Source: an uncultured Candidatus Saccharibacteria bacterium (GTDB taxonomy: Bacteria > Patescibacteriota > Minisyncoccia > Phycocordibacterales > UBA6899). From it: a stretch of DNA of 64,000 nt. Positions 9,579 to 19,209 of this stretch are shown one piece after another. The stretch is taken from assembly GCA_964469335.1 (NCBI GenBank), contig CAYXYK010000003.1:68671-132670 (forward strand). The letters run 5' to 3'. Every line of letters starts with the position of its first letter. Positions within the stretch are counted from its first letter, which is position 1. The notes under the pieces were generated by a model. That model saw nothing but the letters and a program-made list of their open reading frames with translations, had not been told where the DNA came from and did not search any database. The translations under genes and the position numbers were made by a program.

Positions 9579-10889
9579 ATGAACATGAAAAAAATATTAG
9601 TCACTTGCTCGATGCTTGGTTTTCTTCTTTCTGGGACTGCGTATGCGGATTTCGTTCCTGCAAAGTGGATGTGGAAGAAAGACGTCAGTGATATCGCACC
9701 CACGGAGAGCGGGTCATATGTGAAGGTGCATCTCGACAGGGAAGTGAGTTTCCATGCGAAGAACGATTTGAGCGACCTACGTGTCGCCGAAGAAGGAGTC
9801 GAGATACCATATCAACTCGTCACGCTTTCCGAGCAAGTCCGTGCCGACCACATGCCGAGCACCCTTCGTGACATTTCGACTCGTGATGGAGTATCAATGT
9901 TTGTCATCGACCTAGGTGTCTCCGGCGTCATGAATGATCATCTGAGGATCATTACTGATAGTAAGAATTTCAAACGACCGGTTGCGGTCTATGCATCGGA
10001 TCAGGGGCTTCCAGTCGACGATCCTGCATGGCGGCTGCTTACCGACACAGGATATATTTACAACTTCCATGATGAGAAATCGGGGTTTGATGCAGGTCAA
10101 GGTGAAGTGAGGTACCCGGATAATACCGCACGCTATCTTAAGGTGATAATCGATAACGGAGAAGGTGAGACTGTCTCAGTCAAGAGCGCAGAGGTGCTGC
10201 GTCTTTCGGCTCGCGAGAGCGTTGAAAATGTGATCCGCCCCTCTGCGACGATAGTTGATAATCCCGCGAAGAAGACAACAGAAATAACCGCGGACCTCGG
10301 TGGAACGGGAATCCCGACCCATCGAATCACACTTGCTACGCTCGATGCGAGAAATTTCAGTCGCCGTGCGCTCGTACTAGAAAGTAACGACGCAGTAAAT
10401 TGGAATTCCATCGGAGAAGGGTACCTGTTCGCGCTCGACACTGAGCTCTTTAGGGGGGATGCTCTCACGCTTTCTTACCGTGAAAGTCATTCGAGATACA
10501 TCCGAGTTCTGGTAATGAATCAGGACGACCTGCCTATATCGTGGAATCAAAGTGTTTCGATCGAAAGTACAGTTCGCGCGGTGGTATTTAGGGCGACTCT
10601 CGGTAAGCGCTATGCACTCTATTACGGAAACCCCTCCGCAGTTGCGCCGAACTATGATCTTTCTCGCTACTTCCAGTACATCGAAAGTGCCGGACTTGCT
10701 CGGGTAACACTCCTGTCCGAATCCGCGAACGAACAGTATGTTCAGCCTGCTCCTCCGGTCATCCCGTATTCAGAAAAGCACCCGAATTTGCTCTCGGCCG
10801 TTCTGGTGCTTCTGGTTGCCATGCTGTCATTCTTCCTTCTTTCGTACGTCAAAAAGCTGAAACATTCTCCGCGGGGTGAAAATGAATAA
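9579..10889 (+). CDS. Secreted protein with C-terminal TM anchor, possibly DUF3999 family
   Basis: Signal peptide (MNMKKILVTCSMLGFLLSGTAYA), C-terminal hydrophobic helix. The DUF3999 assignment is tentative: it is based on recalled co-occurrence with DUF2339 neighbours, not on a recognised sequence motif. Confidence 0.35.
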   Translation: MNMKKILVTCSMLGFLLSGTAYADFVPAKWMWKKDVSDIAPTESGSYVKVHLDREVSFHAKNDLSDLRVAEEGVEIPYQLVTLSEQVRADHMPSTLRDISTRDGVSMFVIDLGVSGVMNDHLRIITDSKNFKRPVAVYASDQGLPVDDPAWRLLTDTGYIYNFHDEKSGFDAGQGEVRYPDNTARYLKVIIDNGEGETVSVKSAEVLRLSARESVENVIRPSATIVDNPAKKTTEITADLGGTGIPTHRITLATLDARNFSRRALVLESNDAVNWNSIGEGYLFALDTELFRGDALTLSYRESHSRYIRVLVMNQDDLPISWNQSVSIESTVRAVVFRATLGKRYALYYGNPSAVAPNYDLSRYFQYIESAGLARVTLLSESANEQYVQPAPPVIPYSEKHPNLLSAVLVLLVAMLSFFLLSYVKKLKHSPRGENE

Positions 10890-10935
10890 TCCATGATTTC
10901 CATCCAGGAATGAAAATGCGCTATACTGTCTCCAT

Positions 10936-12006
10936 ATGACGAAACCAAACATCGGCGAGCTGGTATTCTTTTGGATCCTTTTCGGGGTGGCCGGGGTACT
11001 GTCATTCTTCGTGATGACGCCGTATCTCAGTGGGCTGTTCCTCTCTGTGGTCATGACAGTGCTGTTCCTTCCTGTTTTTCGGAAGATCCATGCGATGATC
11101 GGGAAAGGCCGTGCGTGGCCGGCACTTATCACTGTGCTTCTCGCGCTTGCGATCATACTGGTTCCAGTGATCTTCTTTGGCATACTCATGTTCCAGGAAG
11201 TCGTGAACATCTATGTCGCGTTGACGCAGCCAGGGTCTACCGTTGTCAGTGACATCAATGGTGCTACGACCAGTTTCGAGCGATTCATGCAGCACTACAT
11301 CCCACAGTTCGCTCTCAAGACGAATGTCACGAGTTATTTACAGTCGATACTGAGTTATGTAGCGACGAACCTCAATTCGTTCTTCTCCGGGATCATCGCT
11401 ATCGTCATCGATCTGTTCATCATTATCGGCGCGATGTTCTTCTTCTATCGTGACGGTGAGAAGCTTCACAATTTTGCGGTGAAGTGGAGCCCGCTTGCCG
11501 ACCGTTATGATGAAAGCTTGATCAAGAAGCTTGAGATCGCGATCAGCGCGGTCGTCTCCGGAGCTCTTTTCGTATCGGTCATCCAGGGATTCACCATCGG
11601 CATCGGCTTTGCGGTTTTCGGACTCCCGAATCCGGTCCTATGGGGGGCGGTCTCCGTCATCGCCGCGCTCATCCCCATCGTTGGTACTGCTATCATCACC
11701 ATACCGGCGGGTCTCTATCTGATCTTCCAAGGAAGCTATACTGAAGGAGTACTCATGCTCATCTACGGAGGGGTGATCGTCGGAACCATTGATAATCTCA
11801 TCCGCCCACTTTTCATCAAGCGGGGTGTTGATATCCATCCGTTCGTCATCCTCCTCTCTGTGCTCGGCGGTCTTGTCTATTTCGGGCCGATCGGGTTTCT
11901 TGCCGGTCCTATTACCATCGCCTTTTTCTACGCGCTCCTCGATATCTATCCGGCGATCGTATCCGGTAAGCAGCCGAAAGAAACAACCGACGTCGTATCG
12001 TCATGA
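10936..12006 (+). CDS. AI-2E family transporter (PerM/UPF0118-like)
   Basis: About 8 TM helices; size and topology fit the AI-2E family; TATACT 8 nt upstream of the ATG. Confidence 0.55.
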   Translation: MTKPNIGELVFFWILFGVAGVLSFFVMTPYLSGLFLSVVMTVLFLPVFRKIHAMIGKGRAWPALITVLLALAIILVPVIFFGILMFQEVVNIYVALTQPGSTVVSDINGATTSFERFMQHYIPQFALKTNVTSYLQSILSYVATNLNSFFSGIIAIVIDLFIIIGAMFFFYRDGEKLHNFAVKWSPLADRYDESLIKKLEIAISAVVSGALFVSVIQGFTIGIGFAVFGLPNPVLWGAVSVIAALIPIVGTAIITIPAGLYLIFQGSYTEGVLMLIYGGVIVGTIDNLIRPLFIKRGVDIHPFVILLSVLGGLVYFGPIGFLAGPITIAFFYALLDIYPAIVSGKQPKETTDVVSS

Positions 12007-14054
12007 TCGAATACGAAACAAAAGAAATAGAACACTCAGGGAAAAAGCTGCAGCTTTCTACGCCGAATTGGAGCACACTTGTGCTCGCGAGTGTCATACC
12101 TGAACTTACCAAGCTTCTTGATGAAGAGCGATTGCTCATCGAAGACGTCGCGAGCAAGAAGCCGGCACTGTTTAAAGAGCTCCACTCACGATTCAGCGAG
12201 CTTGGCGAACGAGTTCGAAGATTGTGGGGTCCGGTCAATCATCTGAATTCAGTGGGCGAGACCGAGGAATTGCATAGGATCATCGAAGAAGGAGAGCGAA
12301 TGATCGCTCTCTCGAATAGTCATGCGTTGATGCACGAAGGACTTTACCGTGCCTATGTCTCGTATCGTGAGCACTCCGATGAATACAAAGCGCTCGGGAA
12401 AGAAGAAAAGAAAATCATCGATGATCGGATCGTCGATTTCGAACTTGGTGGCGTAGCTCTCTCTCCGGAACACAAGATACGTATGACTGAGATCGCGACC
12501 AGGCTCTCTGCTATCTCCACTCAGATCGAATCGAATGTCAAAGGTGCGGTCGCTGATTGGAGTAAGTATATCGAGAGTGAAGTAGTGCTGAACGGAGTTC
12601 CGGAAGCTGCAAAGCAGGCGATGCAACGGGCCGCCACGGCAAAGGGGCACTCTGGCTGGCTGCTGACGCTTCATGCTCCGATATTCGGTCCTGTCATCGC
12701 ACACGCAACAGACAGAGGACTTCGCGAGGAGCTCTATCGTGCATTCGTTACCAGGGCATCCGATCAGGGTCCGCACGATAGGAAATACGATAATTCGCAG
12801 TTGATCAATGAGACACTCTCCCTCCGTGATGAGCAAGCGAAACTCCTTGGATTCACAGATTTCGCAGAGCTTGCGCTCAAGAAGAGAATGGCGCCATCGG
12901 CGGGTAAGGTGAAGGAATTCCTATCAGACCTCGCCACTAAAGCGAAACCGAAAGCAAAGGAAGAGTTTGCCGCACTCGAGGAATTCGCGCGAGGGAATCT
13001 AGGCATCGAACATGTAGAGGCGTGGGATTATCCGTACGTTGCCGAAAAGCTCGAGAAGGCGCGCTACGACCTTTCGCAAGAAGAGCTCAGACCGTATTTC
13101 GGTGGTGCAAAGGTCCTCGAAGGCGTGTTCGGTCTGGTCAATCGACTCTATGGAGCACGAGTGGAGGAAATGTCCGATGTGTCCACTTGGCGTCCTGATG
13201 TGAAGTTCTTTGCACTGTACGATCGCGAAGGCGAACTTCGCGGAGGATTCTATGCCGATCTCTTTGCGCGGGACGGGAAGAATCAGGGTGCTTGGATGGA
13301 CATCGTACTTGAGAGGGAAGAGCGGGACGGAGTCACGCAGGTTCCAGTCGCGTACCTTAACTGCAATTTCACTGAACCAAAAGAAGGCGAGGATTTCCAG
13401 CTCCTTCATGGCGAAGTCGAGACGATATTCCATGAATTCGGACACGTGCTGCATCATTTGTTCTCGCGCACAAAAAACCCGGATTCATCGATGAATGGTG
13501 TCGAGTGGGATGCGGTCGAGTGCCCGAGTCAGGTGAATGAGAACTGGGCATGGGAACGATCGATGCTTGTCTCACTTTCTCGTCACAAAGATACTCACGA
13601 GCCACTCCCAGCTACCCTGACAGAGAAGCTGATCGCCGCAAAACATCACCTCACTGCCGTTATGCTTCTTCGTCAGATCGAATTCGCACTCGTCGACCTC
13701 AGACTCCATACGGAGAAAGGGAAAGATCCGCTGGACGTCCTTCTTGAAGTGAGAAAGGACATTCGCGTGACGCCGACCATACCCGAAGACCGTTTCCTCT
13801 CTTCATTCACCCACATTTTCTCAGGTGGTTATGCTGCAGGATATTACAGTTATCTGTGGGCTGAAGTGCTCGCATCGGACCTATTCGAGGCGTTCACCGA
13901 GACAGGCGATCCTTTCAATAAGGAGGTCGGAGCACGTTTCCTCACTTCGGTGCTCGAAGTCGGATCATCGCGTCCGTTCATGGAGAGTTATAAAGAATTC
14001 AGAGAAAGAGAGCCGTCGCCGGATGCACTGCTACGCCTGCGTGGACTCGCATAG
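12003..14054 (+). CDS. M3 family zinc metallopeptidase (oligopeptidase A / Dcp-like)
   Basis: HEFGH zinc motif (FHEFGHVLHH) with a downstream E; the length fits the M3 family. Confidence 0.85.
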   Translation: MIEYETKEIEHSGKKLQLSTPNWSTLVLASVIPELTKLLDEERLLIEDVASKKPALFKELHSRFSELGERVRRLWGPVNHLNSVGETEELHRIIEEGERMIALSNSHALMHEGLYRAYVSYREHSDEYKALGKEEKKIIDDRIVDFELGGVALSPEHKIRMTEIATRLSAISTQIESNVKGAVADWSKYIESEVVLNGVPEAAKQAMQRAATAKGHSGWLLTLHAPIFGPVIAHATDRGLREELYRAFVTRASDQGPHDRKYDNSQLINETLSLRDEQAKLLGFTDFAELALKKRMAPSAGKVKEFLSDLATKAKPKAKEEFAALEEFARGNLGIEHVEAWDYPYVAEKLEKARYDLSQEELRPYFGGAKVLEGVFGLVNRLYGARVEEMSDVSTWRPDVKFFALYDREGELRGGFYADLFARDGKNQGAWMDIVLEREERDGVTQVPVAYLNCNFTEPKEGEDFQLLHGEVETIFHEFGHVLHHLFSRTKNPDSSMNGVEWDAVECPSQVNENWAWERSMLVSLSRHKDTHEPLPATLTEKLIAAKHHLTAVMLLRQIEFALVDLRLHTEKGKDPLDVLLEVRKDIRVTPTIPEDRFLSSFTHIFSGGYAAGYYSYLWAEVLASDLFEAFTETGDPFNKEVGARFLTSVLEVGSSRPFMESYKEFREREPSPDALLRLRGLA

Positions 14055-14057
14055 CAT

Positions 14058-14906
14058 ATGACACGCGTAACTGGCGCAGAATTCAATCGAGTGCTGTTCG
14101 CTTGGCACAAGAAGAATTATCGTGCGATGGCGTGGCGAGACACTCACGACCCATATCGCATTCTGGTATCGGAACTGATGCTCCAGCAGACCCAGGTCGC
14201 GAGAGTGAAAGAGAAATATGCATCATTCATCAAGAAATATCCAAAAGTAAAAGATCTTGCAGCGGCACCCCTCGGTGATGTACTGCGTATCTGGTCCGGA
14301 CTCGGCTATAATCGACGCGCGAAGTTTTTGCGAGAGTGTGCGAAGACTGTCACGGAAGAGTGTGGCGGCAAGTTTCCGAACGATTACGAAGGATTGGTGC
14401 AGCTGCCGGGTATTGGCAGATCCACAGCAGGAGCACTCCTTGCTTTTGCATTCGGACACGACACGCCGATGATCGACACGAACATACGCCGAATCCTTGT
14501 TCGTGTATTCTATAAGAACAAAACAATTCCGAGTGACAAAGAGCTGTATGAGTTCGCGCGTGCGCTCATCCCAAAAGGGGAGGGAAGGATGTGGAACTAT
14601 GCGATGCTCGATCTCGGGGCCACAAAATGCACTGCGCGTAATCATTCCGACTCGTGTCCGATGTGCTCACTTCATGGCAAGGTGGGAGACTTCACTTACA
14701 AAAAGCCGCAAAAGAAATTCGCCGGCTCAGCGCGTTACTACCGCGGCAAATTAATGAAATTGCTCTCACTTAAGGAGGCTGTGCGAATCACAGAAATCAA
14801 AAAAGAACTGAGTGAATACGAAGGAGATATAGCACTACTAGTCTCAACACTTGTGAAAGAGGGGTTGATAACCAAGAAAAATGCCCTGTTTAGCCTCCCT
14901 AAATAG
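14058..14906 (+). CDS. mutY: A/G-specific adenine DNA glycosylase (MutY-like HhH-GPD, N-terminal catalytic domain only)
   Basis: QQTQV...WSGLGYNRRAKFL, HhH GIGRSTAGA followed by DTN, and Cys cluster CTARNHSDSCPMC; no NUDIX-like C-terminal domain. Confidence 0.78.
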   Translation: MTRVTGAEFNRVLFAWHKKNYRAMAWRDTHDPYRILVSELMLQQTQVARVKEKYASFIKKYPKVKDLAAAPLGDVLRIWSGLGYNRRAKFLRECAKTVTEECGGKFPNDYEGLVQLPGIGRSTAGALLAFAFGHDTPMIDTNIRRILVRVFYKNKTIPSDKELYEFARALIPKGEGRMWNYAMLDLGATKCTARNHSDSCPMCSLHGKVGDFTYKKPQKKFAGSARYYRGKLMKLLSLKEAVRITEIKKELSEYEGDIALLVSTLVKEGLITKKNALFSLPK

Positions 14907-14943
14907 TGGGGATAAGTGGTTTGCAAGTATTCTATTTATTTTC

Positions 14944-14959
14944 TACTATATATCTAGTA
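14944..14959 (+). promoter_or_regulatory. Candidate LexA operator: near-palindrome TACTA-N6-TAGTA upstream of lexA
   Basis: tactatatatctagta located 70 nt upstream of the lexA ATG; LexA is normally autoregulated; the motif is not a known consensus. Confidence 0.3.
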
Positions 14960-15028
14960 ATTAGAAAATTAATAGTATCGTCTTTCGGATTCATCCCACA
15001 ATGAAAACCGGAACGAAGCCAAAGACAT

Positions 15029-15721
15029 ATGCTTACTAAGAAACAAAAAGAAGTCCTCGATTTCATCGAGAGCTATACCAAGAAGAATTCGTTCGCACCT
15101 TCCCTCGAGGAGATACGCAAACACTTCTCCCTCGCGTCAGTCTCTACTGCGCATCACTATGTAAAGAAGCTCGAAGAGGGTGGCTATGTCTCAAAGGCGG
15201 ACAATCAGCCACGTGGCGTTGCGATACTCGCCGCTGACTTCATGGGATCGTCGGTGTCAGGTAATATCTTCGGTTTCGACTATATTTCCATCCCACTCGT
15301 CGGTGCCGCGAATTGTGGTCCTGCGACCATCCTTGCCGAAGAGAACGTTGAAGGGTACCTCAGCATTCCGAAGACGTTGGTGTCGAAGAAAAGCGGTATC
15401 TTTGCGCTCCGTGCGATCGGAAACTCGATGAACCGCGCAAACGTGAAGGGGAAAAGTATCGATGAAGGTGACCTCGTGCTAATCGATTCTGAGGATCGCG
15501 ATGTGCGCGACGGTGACTACGTACTCTCGATCATCGACGGCGCTGCGAACCTCAAACGCTATTCGCTCGACAAGAAACTCGGGCAAGTGAAACTGCTCTC
15601 CGAGTCGAGTGAGTCGCACAAACCGATCTTCATCCTCCCTGGTGATGATTTTGCGATCAATGGGAAAATCATCGCTGTGATAAAGCAAGGCGAGTCGGTA
15701 AGTAAGAAAAGAATGCGTTAA
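15029..15721 (+). CDS. lexA: LexA repressor (S24 peptidase)
   Basis: N-terminal wHTH (LEEIRKHFSLASVSTAHHYVKKLEEGGY), cleavage region ALRAIGNSM (catalytic Ser), ANLKRY (catalytic Lys). Confidence 0.9.
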   Translation: MLTKKQKEVLDFIESYTKKNSFAPSLEEIRKHFSLASVSTAHHYVKKLEEGGYVSKADNQPRGVAILAADFMGSSVSGNIFGFDYISIPLVGAANCGPATILAEENVEGYLSIPKTLVSKKSGIFALRAIGNSMNRANVKGKSIDEGDLVLIDSEDRDVRDGDYVLSIIDGAANLKRYSLDKKLGQVKLLSESSESHKPIFILPGDDFAINGKIIAVIKQGESVSKKRMR

Positions 15722-15740
15722 CATCGTCATCGAGATAGAA

Positions 15741-15775
15741 GGGCGCCGCTCTATGAGCGGCGTTTCTGTCATTTC
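15741..15775 (+). terminator. Intrinsic terminator after lexA
   Basis: cgccgctc tatg gagcggcg followed by tttctgtcatttcttgttttct. Confidence 0.7.
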
Positions 15776-16056
15776 TTGTTTTCTGCAAGTTCTTGCTCTG
15801 CTTGAGCGCGCAGTAGCTTCATCGCAGTCGAGTACTTCCGCACATCGATGTCGCCTGTCGTGGCGTAGCCTTTTCGAAGTTGAATGGCGATCCGCTCCGC
15901 GTCAGCTTCTTCGTCGAACAGTTCGACTGCGACACGCAGTCCGCGGTCACGGTTGTCTCGCTTGCGGAGCATCTCCCACTTCGGGGTAGCTCCGTGCGAG
16001 CATGAAAGTACCTTGAGGTGTTTTCCGACCTGCCTGCAGATCACCCATTGTTCCAT
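15769..16056 (-). CDS. Hypothetical small protein
   Basis: 95-aa ORF convergent with lexA; Cys/His-containing N-terminus (CRQVGKHLKVLSCSHG); no recognisable family. Confidence 0.3.
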   Translation of the reverse strand: MEQWVICRQVGKHLKVLSCSHGATPKWEMLRKRDNRDRGLRVAVELFDEEADAERIAIQLRKGYATTGDIDVRKYSTAMKLLRAQAEQELAENKK

Positions 16057-16170
16057 ACACGCCTCCTTAGGGTTATGTCGTTCGGTTGGATTCTTCGCCA
16101 GTTATACCGCTCGTACGGATATAGTCAACCGACGATATTCCTCGGTTGGGATTTATGCTAGGATGGCAAT

Positions 16171-16542
16171 ATGGCAACACTACTCGTCAAATGGCTCATA
16201 TCGGCACTTGGCATCTTCATAGTCGGAAGCTACCTGCCGGGTATTCATGTTCCGGACTATAAGATCGCCCTTATCGTGGCACTGGTCCTGGCGGTCTTAA
16301 ATGTGACCTTGCGTCCGATCCTGAAATTGATATCTCTCCCTATCACCATTCTCACACTCGGGGTATTCGCCCTCGTAGTAAATGGATTCGTGTTCTGGCT
16401 GGTTCCATTCATCGTGAAAAGTTTTGTTATCGATACTTTCTGGTGGGCGGTTCTCGGAGCGATCATCGTGTCGATCATTACGGGCATACTCGATCGTGTC
16501 ATCCTTGGGAGCGATGGAAAGGTAGGTAATTCAGAAGACTAG
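16171..16542 (+). CDS. Phage-holin-4_2 / DUF360 family small membrane protein
   Basis: About 120 aa with 4 TM; WLISALGIFIVGSYLPGIHV resembles the PF04020 N-terminus. Confidence 0.55.
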   Translation: MATLLVKWLISALGIFIVGSYLPGIHVPDYKIALIVALVLAVLNVTLRPILKLISLPITILTLGVFALVVNGFVFWLVPFIVKSFVIDTFWWAVLGAIIVSIITGILDRVILGSDGKVGNSED

Positions 16543-16546
16543 CGAC

Positions 16547-17446
16547 ATGGAAGACAAGAAGATCCGGATCGTCACCCATAACGGTAATTTCCATGTCGAC
16601 GACCTGTTCGCGGTCGCAGCGCTTCAGCTCCTTCATGGAGTAGAACACACCGAAGTCATACGTTCTCGCGATCCAATGGTGTGGGAAAGCGGGGATTACG
16701 TGCTCGATGTCGGAAGTGTCTATGATCCAGCGACGAAACGCTATGACCACCATCAACATGGAGGTGCAGGTGCGCGCATGAACGGTGTCCCATACTCCGC
16801 GCTCGGACTCGTGTGGAAACATCACGGAGAAGCGCTCTGTGGATCGAAGGAGATCGCTGAGAAGATTGATAAGGAAATGGTCACACCGATCGACCTCGCA
16901 GATAATGGTATCGAGGTATATGCGCCGACACATGAAGGTGTCCATCCGTTCCTTATCCATCGTTTACTTGTTGTGATGCGTCCGACTTGGAAAGAAGGGG
17001 ACGGAGTCATGCATGATGAGCGATTCATGGAACTTTTGCCGATGGCCCGCCGAATCATCGAGCGTGAGATCGTCACTGCGCGCGACACCACGGAAGGTGA
17101 GAAATACGTCATCGAAGCATACAATGCCGCACCCGACAAAAGGCTGATCGTCATCGATAAGCCATACCCTTGGTCTGCGGTGTTGGCGCGGACACCCGAT
17201 GCGCTCTATATCGTGAAGCCGAAATCGGTCGGACCGAACTGGGAGGTGGAATGTGTCCGTGATGACGTACATAGCTTCATGAATCGTAAGTCACTCCCTG
17301 AGGCATGGAGGGGTTACCGAGACGAGGAACTCGTCGAGAGGACAGGAGTGTCGGATGCGATCTTCTGTCATAACAAGGGGTTCATCGCGGTCACCGGATC
17401 TAAAGAGGGCGCATTAAAACTTGCGCAAATGGCAGTTAACGCGTAG
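16547..17446 (+). CDS. MYG1/UPF0160 family metal-dependent hydrolase
   Basis: IVTHNGNFHVDDLFAVAAL N-terminal motif and HHQHGG region typical of MYG1. Confidence 0.7.
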   Translation: MEDKKIRIVTHNGNFHVDDLFAVAALQLLHGVEHTEVIRSRDPMVWESGDYVLDVGSVYDPATKRYDHHQHGGAGARMNGVPYSALGLVWKHHGEALCGSKEIAEKIDKEMVTPIDLADNGIEVYAPTHEGVHPFLIHRLLVVMRPTWKEGDGVMHDERFMELLPMARRIIEREIVTARDTTEGEKYVIEAYNAAPDKRLIVIDKPYPWSAVLARTPDALYIVKPKSVGPNWEVECVRDDVHSFMNRKSLPEAWRGYRDEELVERTGVSDAIFCHNKGFIAVTGSKEGALKLAQMAVNA

Positions 17447-17459
17447 AGTCACACAACTT

Positions 17460-18467
17460 ATGGCTTTTGTCGATGAACTTAAAATACACATAGCGGCTGG
17501 AAAAGGAGGCGACGGCGTCTACCGTATGCGCCACGAGAAGGGAAAGGAATTCGCAGGTCCCTCGGGCGGCGATGGCGGCAAGGGCGGCGATGTCTATGTG
17601 GTCGGATCGAGAGATCTTGGCCTTCTTTTCAAGTACCGCCATGAGAAGATCTTCAAGGCAGAAAATGGCGAAGACGGCAAGAAGGACAGCTACCACGGAG
17701 CGAACGGTGAAGACCTTACCATCAAGTTTCCGATCGGAAGCATCCTCAAGAATCTCAATACCGGAGAGATCACGCAGATCCTCACTGAGAACGAACCGAT
17801 ACTCCTTCTTAAGGGAGGCGACGGCGGCTTCGGGAACGAACATTTCAAAAGCTCGATCGTACAGGCTCCAACCCGCACTACCCCAGGCTATCCGTGTGAG
17901 GAAGCAGATTACTACATCGAGCTCCAGCTCGTCGTCGATGTCGGCTTCGCAGGATTCCCGAATGCCGGAAAATCGTCGCTCCTCAATGTGCTCACCAATG
18001 CAAGTGCAAAAGTCGGAGCATATCAATTCACTACGCTCGAGCCGAATCTGGGTGCATTCTATGGATACATCCTCGCGGACATCCCCGGACTCATCGAAGG
18101 AGCGTCGGACGGGAAGGGGCTTGGGCACAAGTTCCTCCGCCATATCGAGCGCACCAAGATGATCGCGCACCTTGTCTCACTTGAAAATGAAGATGTCGTA
18201 GAGGCGTACACCACCATCCGCAAAGAACTCGACGCATACAACAAGAGTTTCGCGACGAAGGATGAGATCATACTTCTCACCAAGACCGATATGGTCGACG
18301 AAAAGACAATCGAGGAAGCCAAGAAAAAGCTCGCGAAGTTCAAGAAACCCATCTACACAATTTCCGTCTATGACGATCCAGCGATCAAGAAATTCGCCGA
18401 TGAGTTTGTGAAGATCCTCCGCGCTAAAGATACGAAGATAGTCAAAGAAGAGGCTAAACCTGAATAG
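17460..18467 (+). CDS. obg: GTPase Obg
   Basis: Glycine-rich Obg fold (AAGKGGDGVYRMRHEKGKEFAGPSGGDGGKGGDVYVV); G-domain GFPNAGKSSLL, DIPGLIEGA; start at MAFVDELKIHI. Confidence 0.9.
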   Translation: MAFVDELKIHIAAGKGGDGVYRMRHEKGKEFAGPSGGDGGKGGDVYVVGSRDLGLLFKYRHEKIFKAENGEDGKKDSYHGANGEDLTIKFPIGSILKNLNTGEITQILTENEPILLLKGGDGGFGNEHFKSSIVQAPTRTTPGYPCEEADYYIELQLVVDVGFAGFPNAGKSSLLNVLTNASAKVGAYQFTTLEPNLGAFYGYILADIPGLIEGASDGKGLGHKFLRHIERTKMIAHLVSLENEDVVEAYTTIRKELDAYNKSFATKDEIILLTKTDMVDEKTIEEAKKKLAKFKKPIYTISVYDDPAIKKFADEFVKILRAKDTKIVKEEAKPE

Positions 18468-18483
18468 CCGTTTAGTGGTATGA

Positions 18484-19071
18484 TTGCCATATATGGCAAC
18501 CAAAAAAACCACGACAAAAAAGAAGGTAGCAAAGAAGACTACCAAGAAAGTTACGAAGAAAGCAGTGAAGAAGACCGCTCCTAAAAAAGCTGTGGCTAAG
18601 GTCATATCCCTGAAAGTGGGAGAGATTGCACCGGACTTCACCATGGCGTCGACCGATGGAGGAAATGTGAAACTCTCCACACTCCGTGGCAAACGCGTGG
18701 TCCTGTATTTCTACCCGAAAGATATGACGAGCGGCTGCACCATCGAGGCGCACGAGTTCTCCGCTGTTGCGAAGGAATTCGCCAAGAAGGGGACTCTCGT
18801 GTTCGGTGTAAGCCCGGACGACATCGAAAGTCATCATAAGTTCATCAAGAAGGATGCTCTCACTTTTCCGCTTCTTGCCGACATTGGACATACGGTCGCG
18901 GAGAAATACGGCATCTGGGTTGAGAAGAGTATGTATGGGAAGAGATATATGGGCATCGAGCGCTCAACATTCGTTGTTGGAAAGGATGGAAAACTCGAGC
19001 AGGTATATCGCAAGGTTTCACCTGAGGGCCACGCGGTATGTGTTCTTGAAGATATAGCACAGAGTAAGTAA
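18484..19071 (+). CDS. bcp: Peroxiredoxin Bcp (thiol peroxidase) with a Lys-rich N-terminal extension
   Basis: RVVLYFYPKDMTSGCTIEAHEF peroxidatic Cys motif; N-terminal about 40 aa is KK-rich (TKKTTTKKKVAKKTTKKVTKKAVKKTAPKKAVAKV). Confidence 0.85.
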   Translation: MPYMATKKTTTKKKVAKKTTKKVTKKAVKKTAPKKAVAKVISLKVGEIAPDFTMASTDGGNVKLSTLRGKRVVLYFYPKDMTSGCTIEAHEFSAVAKEFAKKGTLVFGVSPDDIESHHKFIKKDALTFPLLADIGHTVAEKYGIWVEKSMYGKRYMGIERSTFVVGKDGKLEQVYRKVSPEGHAVCVLEDIAQSK

Positions 19072-19163
19072 ATTTTGTACTCTGCTCGTCTTTCCCTCGA
19101 CAAGTCTGGTCACCATAGATGACTATGGCTCCCAGACATTATCTCAGTCCACGACTTCGTATT
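19070..19163 (+). repeat. Structured intergenic repeat, copy A (partner at 56930-57025)
   Basis: aattttg..ctcgtctttccctc..[gtctgg tcac catag atga ctatgg ctc ccagac]..ctcagtccacgacttcgtatt; shares its flanks and hairpin architecture with copy B. Confidence 0.6.
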
Positions 19164-19209
19164 TCATATAACTATGAAGGTCTGATGCAAGAAGTCATTT
19201 TGAAAAACC

